Of a DNA stretch of 55,410 bases, positions 10,082-17,900 are shown in pieces. This DNA comes from Cyanobacteria bacterium DS2.3.42. Its GTDB lineage: Bacteria > Cyanobacteriota > Vampirovibrionia > Obscuribacterales > Obscuribacteraceae. A program made the translations under genes and the position numbers. The DNA lies in contig PNLN01000104.1 of assembly GCA_013823055.1 (NCBI GenBank), positions 1 to 55,410 of the forward strand. Direction: 5' to 3'. Under the pieces are notes generated by a model, which was not told where the DNA came from, did not search any database, and was given only the letters and a program-made list of their open reading frames with translations. The stretch's first letter is position 1. Each line of letters opens with the position of its first letter.

Positions 10082-11298
10082 GCATTCCTAACCTGACCCC
10101 GCCTTATCCAGATCTCCCGGATGGTTATGTAATCACCCAGGCAGAATGGAATGGGCAGTTGAATTCAATTTTCAACTACTGCAACGGTCAAGTAAAACCA
10201 GCCATTGATGCACTTCAGTCAGCGCCACCGCCATCGGTAGGTGCGCAGGCCTTCTTCAATGCGCGCATGACGCTTGAATCCGGGGTTGACTGCTCGGTCC
10301 TCGATCAGTCCAACAAATCAACAATGTATTTAACACCTTCGGGTGGAAACCTGATCGGGCTGTACGATACAGTTACCAGCACCTGGAGCAATTATCCGTT
10401 TAGCGAAATCAGCATTCCGGTCCCAGCTGGTGCTCGTCAATTATTTGATCTATTTGTGCGGCAGACTGCGGGCGTGTGCTCGCTGGAGATCGGCGCATAC
10501 AACACTGTCACCGCCTCTAATAGCCCAGTAGCAGGAAAGCCGGTCGTCATAAACATGGCGAGCACCGCGAATTTCCAAGTCGGCGACATCATTTCAATAA
10601 CGAGCGCTGGAGGCTCTGAAGAAGCAGTCGTTACCGTTGTAACGACAAACGTTAGCATCACTGTTGACTGGCTGGAATTCAGTCATACAACGCCGACAAT
10701 TTGCTCTAATGTGCCCACAAACGCGCTTGCTTTAAGAGACGGAATTCTCGTAAAAGCATCGGACCATTCGCGCCGTTACTGCGGGACATGGATGAATCTC
10801 GCCAGCGGTCAGACTTCTGACACGAGGGCTGCTCGCCTTGTTGCGAACTTTTACAATCGGGTGCCAAGACCTTTCGAAGCATTTCCGACTGCTGACACCT
10901 GGAATGCCGGATCTACGAGCTGGCAACAGCTGGGCGGAACCAAAGCGCTCGGCGAATACAGAAACCTTTTGGTGAATGCGGACGCGGCATATATGACCAT
11001 AGATGGCTCTCACAGCCGAGGTTGTGTACAGAATGGAGCATACATCGGCACGACGCTGGATCAAACGCTGTCAAACACCAGTGACGCTTTTTACGGCACA
11101 GTCGTAAATCAAGTGGGAGACGAGGACGACGGAGCATTCCAGCACGATTACAAATTCGCCACAAGAACAAGAGGGCGTCATATTCTGAATGCGCTTGCGT
11201 TCACTTCGGTGACTGGAAAGGACTTTGTTAACCGCATAACTGCTAGTGGCGGCAAGATTTTCAGGATCGGCAACATGCAAGGAACAGTTTTGAACTAG
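10078..11298 (+). CDS. Tail-fibre-like protein
   Basis: A 406-aa ORF with a GTG start overlapping the previous stop (GTGA). The N-terminus IPNLTPPYPDLPDGYVITQAEWNGQLNSI looks like fibre N-termini. This is a context call. Confidence 0.45.
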   Translation: MSIPNLTPPYPDLPDGYVITQAEWNGQLNSIFNYCNGQVKPAIDALQSAPPPSVGAQAFFNARMTLESGVDCSVLDQSNKSTMYLTPSGGNLIGLYDTVTSTWSNYPFSEISIPVPAGARQLFDLFVRQTAGVCSLEIGAYNTVTASNSPVAGKPVVINMASTANFQVGDIISITSAGGSEEAVVTVVTTNVSITVDWLEFSHTTPTICSNVPTNALALRDGILVKASDHSRRYCGTWMNLASGQTSDTRAARLVANFYNRVPRPFEAFPTADTWNAGSTSWQQLGGTKALGEYRNLLVNADAAYMTIDGSHSRGCVQNGAYIGTTLDQTLSNTSDAFYGTVVNQVGDEDDGAFQHDYKFATRTRGRHILNALAFTSVTGKDFVNRITASGGKIFRIGNMQGTVLN

Positions 11299-11307
11299 AG
11301 GTGAGTC

Positions 11308-11670
11308 ATGCTTAATTTTCCAACTCAATCAGTAACAGCGGCTCACATGTTCAATCGGACTGCCGTTCTTGGTTCAGCCGCACCAGCCGATACCAACCAT
11401 GCCGCGGCACTGGCAAGATCTCATGGTGTCGTTGGAAAAGACGGCAAAGTGAACTTCGCTGTAGACACAGGCGCGCTCAACATCTCCGTGTATGTCTACA
11501 TGCGAGTCGCTCAAAAGTGGCTCCTTCGCGACGGCGCTGTCGCCGCCGCCGCCAATACAATCTATGCAGTTGACGCACCAGTCGGCTGCCCCTTCCTGCT
11601 CGTGGCAAGCGCTGGAACTCCTACGGCATGGTTCTACGACGAAAAACACATCGGAGAAAACAATGCTTAA
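11308..11670 (+). CDS. Hypothetical protein (fibre-associated by position)
   Basis: A 120-aa ORF starting 9 nt after the previous stop. No motif was recognised. Confidence 0.45.
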   Translation: MLNFPTQSVTAAHMFNRTAVLGSAAPADTNHAAALARSHGVVGKDGKVNFAVDTGALNISVYVYMRVAQKWLLRDGAVAAAANTIYAVDAPVGCPFLLVASAGTPTAWFYDEKHIGENNA

Positions 11671-11926
11671 AGAGATCAAAACCGCGTCAGAAATTCTGGC
11701 ATTCATCGGCGAACTTTCAAAGATCGACGCCGACAAAGACGGGCGTCCTGACTTGAAAGAGCATCAGGAAGCAATCGCGAAAGCGGCACCACGTATAGCG
11801 GCACTCACTGGACACGTCCAGGGCGCCCAAAAAGAATTGGCAGCCATTCAGGCAATCATGGGCGAGAACTTCGACCTTCTCATGAAGGACGTTGAACTCG
11901 CCAAGGTGAAGCTGAAACTAGCATAG
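11663..11926 (+). CDS. Small helical protein with an EF-hand-like loop
   Basis: An in-frame ATG at 11663 has GGAG 7 nt upstream and overlaps the previous stop by 8 nt. The 87-aa product contains DADKDGRPDLKE (DxDxDG...E). Confidence 0.45.
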   Translation: MLKEIKTASEILAFIGELSKIDADKDGRPDLKEHQEAIAKAAPRIAALTGHVQGAQKELAAIQAIMGENFDLLMKDVELAKVKLKLA

Positions 11927-11936
11927 GAGAAGGACC

Positions 11937-12050
11937 ATGCAATTAAAGAAAGACCACCTTCCACACGTGGACATCCCCATCGGCTTCGTGCTGGCGCTGT
12001 TGTCCATGCTGTTAGTAGCAAGCGCTTTCCGTGACATTTTTGTCAGGTAG
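11937..12050 (+). CDS. 37-aa single-pass membrane peptide (lysis-cassette candidate)
   Basis: It is not in the ORF track because it is under 60 aa. A GGAGAAGG lies just upstream of the ATG. The product is MQLKKDHLPHVDIPIGFVLALLSMLLVASAFRDIFVR, with one hydrophobic helix. Confidence 0.35.
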   Translation: MQLKKDHLPHVDIPIGFVLALLSMLLVASAFRDIFVR

Positions 12051-12055
12051 AGCCT

Positions 12056-12349
12056 GTGAAGAAGGGGGACCGGCTCAGAACCTATATCGCCTTACTGCTG
12101 ACTGCGGCGTTGATGATGGCTTATGCCGTCAATGCGTTCGGGCAGATCAATGGCAGCTTTAAATACGAGCCACACTGGACTTTAATCGCTGTTTTCCTCC
12201 TGGTGGTAGGCGGGGGCGTCTTCGATCTTTCGGTCGAGACGCTCTCACTACTTCGCGGCTATCTGAAGAAGGGCGAACACTTGCTTGATGAACTGGTGGA
12301 AAAAGATGACAAAGATTCTAAAAAGGCTGACACAGAGCGAGATCAATAA
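12056..12349 (+). CDS. Holin-like protein (two TM helices, charged C-terminus)
   Basis: A 97-aa ORF with a GTG start. It has two hydrophobic segments (YIALLLTAALMMAYAVNAF and WTLIAVFLLVVGGGVF) followed by a K/D/E-rich tail. It is directly upstream of the lysin candidate. Confidence 0.45.
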   Translation: MKKGDRLRTYIALLLTAALMMAYAVNAFGQINGSFKYEPHWTLIAVFLLVVGGGVFDLSVETLSLLRGYLKKGEHLLDELVEKDDKDSKKADTERDQ

Positions 12350-12914
12350 GATCGCCGCTCAAAAGCCTATATTCCAACGAGCCCAGGATTTAACGGGCGT
12401 GCCGTGGCGGGCTATCGCCACAATCTGGTATCGCGAAACATTCTCGGTCGCACCACCCACGCATAGAGTCGGTGGACAATTTCAGTTTGATCCTCCGCCG
12501 TCAGACGAAAGCTTGATGTACTTGCTGCACAACTACACCAAAGTTCCTACGATGGCAGAGAAAGAAGCTCTAGTGAAGAGCGGGATTGAATACTTCACTT
12601 CTGCGGCTATCTTTGCGGCTTGCTGGCTCCGGCACAAATCAAAATTTGTGCTGACAATAGCAGCGACAGACGAGCACATCAAGGACGCCTTCTATGGCTA
12701 TAACGGCAGAGCCTACAAAGATGCTGATCACTCTCCTTACGTAATGAACTACTTCGATGAAGATCATTATGAAATGCGGATCTATGGCACCGTGCGCGAC
12801 GCGAAGGGAAACAATATTCGCCTGAAAGACAAGGACGGCAAAGACGGCGTTCCTAACAAGCAGATCGGCGCATTCGTTGTCTACAAGCAGCTCCAGCAAG
12901 CGATCAAAGACTAA
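12306..12914 (+). CDS. Endolysin candidate (transglycosylase-like?)
   Basis: The ATG at 12306 has GGTGGA upstream; alternative starts are at 12285 and 12288. It is the last gene of the late arm, after the holin-like gene. No canonical lysin motif was recognised with certainty. Confidence 0.35.
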   Translation: MTKILKRLTQSEINKIAAQKPIFQRAQDLTGVPWRAIATIWYRETFSVAPPTHRVGGQFQFDPPPSDESLMYLLHNYTKVPTMAEKEALVKSGIEYFTSAAIFAACWLRHKSKFVLTIAATDEHIKDAFYGYNGRAYKDADHSPYVMNYFDEDHYEMRIYGTVRDAKGNNIRLKDKDGKDGVPNKQIGAFVVYKQLQQAIKD

Positions 12915-12933
12915 GCCAGAACGTAGTCTTTGA
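12904..12933. terminator. Stem-loop straddling the overlapping stop codons of the convergent late and early arms
   Basis: TCAAAGACTA (12904-12913) pairs with TAGTCTTTGA (12924-12933), giving a 10-bp stem and a 10-nt loop. There is no U-tract on either side. Confidence 0.35.
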
Positions 12934-15271
12934 ACATCGTCACATTGATGTGATTCAATTCGGTGAACATGCCTTCTGCCTGTAGCGCTTTCAAGAATGT
13001 GGGTTTCGACCATGGTCGAAGCCCTTCTTTTTGGCAGAACTCGCGGAAACTTCCATAGGCATTACCGACCGAGATCTCCATGCCTGGAAGCTTCTTGATG
13101 CTTTCAACCTTCCACTGGGCAGCCAGGTTGACTTCTAGCAGATAGTCTTTATTGCTCTTCATCACGATCTGAGGCAGCATGGCGAGCCGCTTCAGCGTCG
13201 CCGCCTTAAATCCTAGCATAGCCAGGTGGATGATCTGCCCGCCTTCTTCGTCAGCCATAATCTGGTGGTAGTCTTCGATCCATTCGGATTCTGGCATCTT
13301 GTGCTTAAAGGGCCAGGACATCAAACGGCGCTGTATGGCGTCAGATGGCGTGATCCGTGCGCGCTCGTTTCCGGTGAACCAGATCTTCGCGGTACCCCTC
13401 AGGTTCTGTTTGTTCTGGTTCATTTGCTTGGTTCGAATCCGGTCGCCACCTGTTAGCGACTTCAGGATCTGCTCGTCAAGCTTCTGATTGCCTTTCATTT
13501 CCGGCGCGATGATGATGCGCTTGCCCCTGGTATCGTCAAGATCTGAGTCGGCGCCGGCTGATCTCTGATCGACTTCGCAAAGGGTCTGGGGATCTATCGA
13601 GCCGCAATAGGATTCACCCATGACCGCCTCTAGGGTCTGGTGCGTCATTCCCTTCCCGGTCCCTGCTGGTCCGTCCATGTACAGGTACTTTTGAAAGTAT
13701 GTGTCGCCAGTAAAGCAATAGCCCAGGTAGATGTGCCACCATTCGATAGCTTCCTGGTCGCCACCGAAACAGCGATAGATGTGCTGCATCCATTTAGCGG
13801 GCACTTCTGCTTCGTAGTCGCACGGAGAGATGGCGGTGATCATATCTCGGGGATCAAAAGGCTGGAGGACCCTTGTATCGAAGTTCAAAGTACCGTTATT
13901 GCAGTTGAACATGTGACTGCTGTGTCTGGTGTCAAAGTCTGTGGGATCTGCTTGCAATTCCGGCAAGGATTCGGCGGCCGCTTTTGCAGCTCTGATCCTG
14001 GACATGTCTTGACAGTCGGTCGCCCACTTCTCCAGCTCGCCGCGGATGGTGAAGTCTGCATTCGGGATCTCTTCGGCGAAGATGCGCTTGCTGATCTCCT
14101 TCGAGAATTCCTGGACTTTGTTCTGGGTGTCCGGCTCCCAGTGCTTGCCGTTGTGGACGTAGAATTGTTTTTTCTTCGCGACATACCGGATGATATCGCC
14201 GTGATTGGCGAGTAAGCGAATTGCATTCGCTGAGTCTGTACAAGGCGCGAAGGGATACTTGCTCCAGTCTTTGCGGTGCGGATTGTTTTTGACTTCGATC
14301 TTCGGCGTATCGATCGCGAGATCAGCAGGCACCATATCTGGTGCGGCGGGTGTCTCTTCCAGTGGTGCCTTCCATGCTGGCGGCGCCCACAGCGGAGTAT
14401 TACGGATCTTCTCATCGAAGTCTTTGCGCGTGCCTCCTGCTGCTATAAAGTCCGAAGTATCTTTGTACTGTTCGAACATCATGCCTTTGACAGGGAAGCC
14501 AGCCGCCTTGAGTTGAGCGGAAAGATCCTCGCCTTTCTTGAAGCCAGGCTGCTTCTGATTGCCTTTGACCAGGTCGTTATCGTAGACATTCACAATGCCC
14601 TTGCAGCCGCGAAGATCTTCATTCCAGCGCTCTTCCCATTTGTCGGAAACGCCGCCAGCTGAAAAACACGGATAGCGAAGGTGCTCGACTACATTGTCCG
14701 AGTCTTTCTCGCCTTCGACTGCAACGATAGTTCGCCCTTCGGCAGCGGCTTTGCAGACGATGTCCCAGTTGTATGGGTCCATCTCAATACCTGCCCAGGA
14801 CGCTTTTATTTTGCCGTCCGGTTTGAGCGCGAAGCGGCGGAAAGTCTTAGGCGTGAAGCGCATCTTGAAGGCGTAAGGCGTGCCATCTTTGCGGCGATAT
14901 ACATACAGCTTTTCCATAACCGGATCTGCTTTGTCTGCATCCCACTTGAAGCGAAATTCCCCGAATGCCTCAACCGTGATTGACTTCCAGACCTGGTTTT
15001 CACCATCTGGAGTGCTCTCCTTTCGCGGAAAAGCTACACCCTTGGCGGTGAGCCAGTCGGCAAGCTGCTGATAGGTGCTGCATTGCGCGAGGCAGTGCAA
15101 GAGGATAGGCTGAGTCTTGCCGATTCCAACGCTAAGAGATTTCGTCTCCCGGTCGTTGTGTAGTGGGCAAAACGCTGTCCACTTGTCCCCCGATCCCGAA
15201 GGCTTCAGCCCATTCGATCTCAGAACATCCAGAATATCCGCTAGCAAGAGAGTTGTGTTCACTGATGTCAT
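12911..15271 (-). CDS. Bifunctional primase-helicase (CHC2 zinc finger + Toprim + D5/P4-type SF3 helicase)
   Basis: The zinc finger is CPLHNDRETKSLSV...LLHCLAQC. The Toprim motif is VAVEGEKDSDN...YDND. The Walker A is GPAGTGKG, with a downstream IIIAPE Walker-B-like segment. Confidence 0.8.
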   Translation of the reverse strand: MTSVNTTLLLADILDVLRSNGLKPSGSGDKWTAFCPLHNDRETKSLSVGIGKTQPILLHCLAQCSTYQQLADWLTAKGVAFPRKESTPDGENQVWKSITVEAFGEFRFKWDADKADPVMEKLYVYRRKDGTPYAFKMRFTPKTFRRFALKPDGKIKASWAGIEMDPYNWDIVCKAAAEGRTIVAVEGEKDSDNVVEHLRYPCFSAGGVSDKWEERWNEDLRGCKGIVNVYDNDLVKGNQKQPGFKKGEDLSAQLKAAGFPVKGMMFEQYKDTSDFIAAGGTRKDFDEKIRNTPLWAPPAWKAPLEETPAAPDMVPADLAIDTPKIEVKNNPHRKDWSKYPFAPCTDSANAIRLLANHGDIIRYVAKKKQFYVHNGKHWEPDTQNKVQEFSKEISKRIFAEEIPNADFTIRGELEKWATDCQDMSRIRAAKAAAESLPELQADPTDFDTRHSSHMFNCNNGTLNFDTRVLQPFDPRDMITAISPCDYEAEVPAKWMQHIYRCFGGDQEAIEWWHIYLGYCFTGDTYFQKYLYMDGPAGTGKGMTHQTLEAVMGESYCGSIDPQTLCEVDQRSAGADSDLDDTRGKRIIIAPEMKGNQKLDEQILKSLTGGDRIRTKQMNQNKQNLRGTAKIWFTGNERARITPSDAIQRRLMSWPFKHKMPESEWIEDYHQIMADEEGGQIIHLAMLGFKAATLKRLAMLPQIVMKSNKDYLLEVNLAAQWKVESIKKLPGMEISVGNAYGSFREFCQKEGLRPWSKPTFLKALQAEGMFTELNHINVTMFKDYVLA

Positions 15272-15446
15272 TTTTCTTCTTCTTTGCCTGCCGTGGCTTA
15301 GGTGAGACTGCCTTAGTTAAGATGTAGACACAGAGACAATTGAGCGTTACGCCTTCTTGCTCTGCAAGTTCTTTTAGTTTTTCAATCAGATCTGTCCTTG
15401 CGCGCACGGTTACGGCTTGAGGCTTTGTTGTCCGTTTTCGGGTCAT
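15132..15446 (-). CDS. Ribbon-helix-helix (CopG/Arc-like) protein
   Basis: An AGGAGA lies 8 nt upstream of the ATG. The N-terminus KPQAVTVRARTDLIEKLKELAEQEGVTLNCLCVYILTKAV fits a strand-helix-helix pattern. The tail overlaps the primase start by 140 nt, so its extent is uncertain. Confidence 0.45.
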   Translation of the reverse strand: MTRKRTTKPQAVTVRARTDLIEKLKELAEQEGVTLNCLCVYILTKAVSPKPRQAKKKKNDISEHNSLASGYSGCSEIEWAEAFGIGGQVDSVLPTTQRPGDEIS

Positions 15447-15849
15447 AGATCTTTTCTCCTGTGACTATGCGGTGTGCGTCTTCTTCATTGCAGGCAACGC
15501 CACATAAGGCGCCAGCTCTCTGAAGGATCAAGAGCCACTTCTCTTGCTCTGGCTCAACATCCTTTTGGTCCTTGCATTCAATGCCAACAAAAACAGCTAT
15601 TTTTTTTCCGACCATTTCGGGCGTGATTACGATGGGAAGCCAGCCAACAAGATCGGGAGATCCTGGTAGGTTGTTAGCGACACCTAGCCCATAGGCGACA
15701 CGTCGCGCATTTGGAATGATGACCGACTTGTCCGGCAGACCTTTTGCCTTTCCCTGCCAGCCCTTGCCGGATGGATTCGCGAAGGTGCAGGCTCCGGCTT
15801 TTGAAGCTCCGACCCTTACTTTGTCTCTTACGCTCTTTTCGTCAGACAT
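15382..15849 (-). CDS. VRR-NUC domain nuclease
   Basis: The signature is GSPDLVGW...AVFVGIECK...EQEKWLLILQRAGALCGV, which is the PD...(D/E)xK arrangement typical of VRR-NUC. Confidence 0.7.
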   Translation of the reverse strand: MSDEKSVRDKVRVGASKAGACTFANPSGKGWQGKAKGLPDKSVIIPNARRVAYGLGVANNLPGSPDLVGWLPIVITPEMVGKKIAVFVGIECKDQKDVEPEQEKWLLILQRAGALCGVACNEEDAHRIVTGEKIYDPKTDNKASSRNRARKDRSD

Positions 15850-17378
15850 TCCGCCTCCTTAATTCTCTCTTTGCGTTCCAGCTCCAGCGCTTCTTCTAGC
15901 GCTTTCTCTCCGTGTCTCGCTTTGTATCGGTGCTCCGCGAAGCGTTCCTTATAGCCCAGCTTCTTAGCGGCTTCTCGCAGTTCCGCCAAGGACTTTGCTC
16001 GTGATAGAACTAGCTTCTTGAGCCAGCCTTCATCGAGCTTCAACTCGGCGATCAGCGCGTCAACTTCTTGTTTTGTCTTGGCGTTTTTAACTCTGGTGAA
16101 GTTTTCAGCGCTGAGCTGGACGTAGTTGTTTTGCGCGCCGATGTGTACCAGATCTCCATCGACCTGCTCGACTTCCGCGCGTTCCCGCTTAACCTTCTCC
16201 TTCTCCCAGCCACAGTACGGACACTTATCCTTGCCTTCGAATACACGGAAACACTCCTTACAAGTGGTGCAAACTATATCTTCATCGTCTGCAGTTGATC
16301 TCTTGCGTTTCGTCCGTCCTTCTAGTGACCAGTCTCTTTCCATGTCAGGCAGTCCATGGATCACGCTGTTCATCACATGATCGATAATGATTGCCTTCGT
16401 CTTTCCGTTTTCCTCGTCAGTCCGAAGCGCGCGACCCACCTGCTGAAGGTAGAGAGCGAGGCTCTTGGTTGGTCTGAGTAGAATGGCAGTCTCGATTCTC
16501 GGGAGATCGAAGCCTTCCGAGATCAGATCGGCGCTCGTGAGAACTTTGATCCTGCCTTCACGGAATGCGTTAAGTCTCAGGCGTCTTTCCGCTTTGTCCA
16601 GGGCGCCGTAAACTGCGGTAGCTGGAATACCGGCATCAGAGAATTGCTTTGCGACGTGCTCCGCGTGAGCGACGTTAATACAGAAAGCAACCGCGTATGT
16701 ACCATCAGCAAACTTCCGATAGTGCCGCACGACATCGCCGGTGATCTTCGGCGTGTCAAGCATGGCGGCGACTTCTTCTTTTATGTAGTCACCGTATTTG
16801 GTGTGAAGATCTTTCGGGTTGAAACCAACGTCCACGCCGAATACTTCAGGCGGCACCAGCCAGCCTTGCTCAATCAGCTCTTTGACCGAAGGTCCTTCGA
16901 TCATGACCTTGTAATGCTTGCCCAGTCCTTTACCGTCCAAGCGCTCCGGGGTGGCTGTGAAACCCAGTGATTTAGACTGTTTCGGCAACCATTCGATAAT
17001 GTCGGCGTAAGTCTTTGCCGGTGCGTGGTGGCACTCGTCAACGATCAGAACGTCTGGTGCCGTCCATCGCGAAAGGCGACGCTGCAAGGTTTGTATCATC
17101 GCGACTTGAACATATGCAGTGCATTCAGGCACGCCCGCGGCAATAACGCCGTGAGGTATTCCAAAACGCCTAAGCGCCTTGCACGTTTGATCAAGCAGTT
17201 CTTCGCGATGGACCGCGATCCAGACTGACTTGGCTCTCTCAATTGCTGCTTTTGTAATGGCACAAAAGATAACTGTCTTTCCGCCACCAGTGGGCAGAAC
17301 AACACACACGGAATCGGAGTTTCTAAGCTCCTTTCGTGCTTTTACCTTCAGTTTTTCCTGGTACAGCCGCAGTTCCAT
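15828..17378 (-). CDS. SF2 DEAD/DEAH-box helicase with C-terminal zinc ribbon
   Basis: Motif I is LPTGGGKT and motif II is VDECHH. The helicase-C motifs are SADLISEGFDLP and QQVGRALR. A CTTCKEC...CPYCGW zinc ribbon and a K/E-rich tail follow. Confidence 0.8.
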   Translation of the reverse strand: MELRLYQEKLKVKARKELRNSDSVCVVLPTGGGKTVIFCAITKAAIERAKSVWIAVHREELLDQTCKALRRFGIPHGVIAAGVPECTAYVQVAMIQTLQRRLSRWTAPDVLIVDECHHAPAKTYADIIEWLPKQSKSLGFTATPERLDGKGLGKHYKVMIEGPSVKELIEQGWLVPPEVFGVDVGFNPKDLHTKYGDYIKEEVAAMLDTPKITGDVVRHYRKFADGTYAVAFCINVAHAEHVAKQFSDAGIPATAVYGALDKAERRLRLNAFREGRIKVLTSADLISEGFDLPRIETAILLRPTKSLALYLQQVGRALRTDEENGKTKAIIIDHVMNSVIHGLPDMERDWSLEGRTKRKRSTADDEDIVCTTCKECFRVFEGKDKCPYCGWEKEKVKRERAEVEQVDGDLVHIGAQNNYVQLSAENFTRVKNAKTKQEVDALIAELKLDEGWLKKLVLSRAKSLAELREAAKKLGYKERFAEHRYKARHGEKALEEALELERKERIKEAECLTKRA

Positions 17379-17411
17379 TTATCAGCTCCGAGTGTTTCTT
17401 GTCGAGAATTT

Positions 17412-17876
17412 CTAGAAGCCGTAAAAGGGATCGCTCGCAATATCCGAAAGGTCTAAGGAGCTTCGCTCCGACACTTGCGGTGTACTGCTTTGTTCGTTCA
17501 TCCCATCCGAATCTAACTCCGGCACGGATATACTTTTTGATTCGCTCGTATCCGTCGGATTGGGCGGCGAGCTTAGGTTGTACTTGCATTCAAGTTCTCC
17601 AATCGTCTGTTTTGCCACGTGAGCCAAGAGCCGGAGATGGATCGCCATTTGGTTGGCGGTGGTGTTAATTTCATCGTCCACCTGTTGCAAAATTTGTTTG
17701 CGGAGATCCCCTCCGAGCAATGCTGGAAGTAGTTTTATGCTTCCGTTCGCAGTGTCAGCGCTCAGCGAAAAATGTCCGATGTTTACGAATGCGCGCTGAT
17801 CCTCAAGTAGCCGCAAACGCTGCAACTGCCCCTCGTATAGACCCAGTTGGTTTTGCATTTCTCTCAATCTTTCCAT
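17412..17876 (-). CDS. Hypothetical protein (coiled-coil N-terminus, acidic/Ser-rich C-terminus)
   Basis: A 154-aa ORF with AAGGAGA upstream of the ATG. It fills the gap between the ATPase and helicase genes. Confidence 0.5.
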   Translation of the reverse strand: MERLREMQNQLGLYEGQLQRLRLLEDQRAFVNIGHFSLSADTANGSIKLLPALLGGDLRKQILQQVDDEINTTANQMAIHLRLLAHVAKQTIGELECKYNLSSPPNPTDTSESKSISVPELDSDGMNEQSSTPQVSERSSLDLSDIASDPFYGF

Positions 17877-17900
17877 TGCCTGCCAATCTCCTTTACGTGT

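Noticed and set aside
5492-11298. Diversity-generating retroelement targeting the fibre-like genes
   Set aside because: No reverse transcriptase ORF (no YxDD-type motif) and no obvious template/variable repeat pair were seen in the window.
13640-14983. Several 100-190-aa plus-strand ORFs opposite the primase-helicase gene
   Set aside because: The minus-strand frame carries clear CHC2, Toprim and Walker motifs. The plus-strand ORFs look like shadow frames.
15600-15607. A8 run (GGA AAA AAA ATA) forming an A-AAA-AAA slippery heptamer inside the VRR-NUC gene
   Set aside because: A -1 shift would hit a stop within ~10 codons and delete the catalytic ExK region. No downstream stimulatory structure was seen, so it is probably incidental Lys-Lys coding.
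17323-17589. 88-aa minus-strand ORF bridging the 154-aa gene and the helicase start
   Set aside because: It overlaps both better-supported genes in another frame and has no SD. The 154-aa frame has AAGGAGA upstream and fills the gap cleanly.
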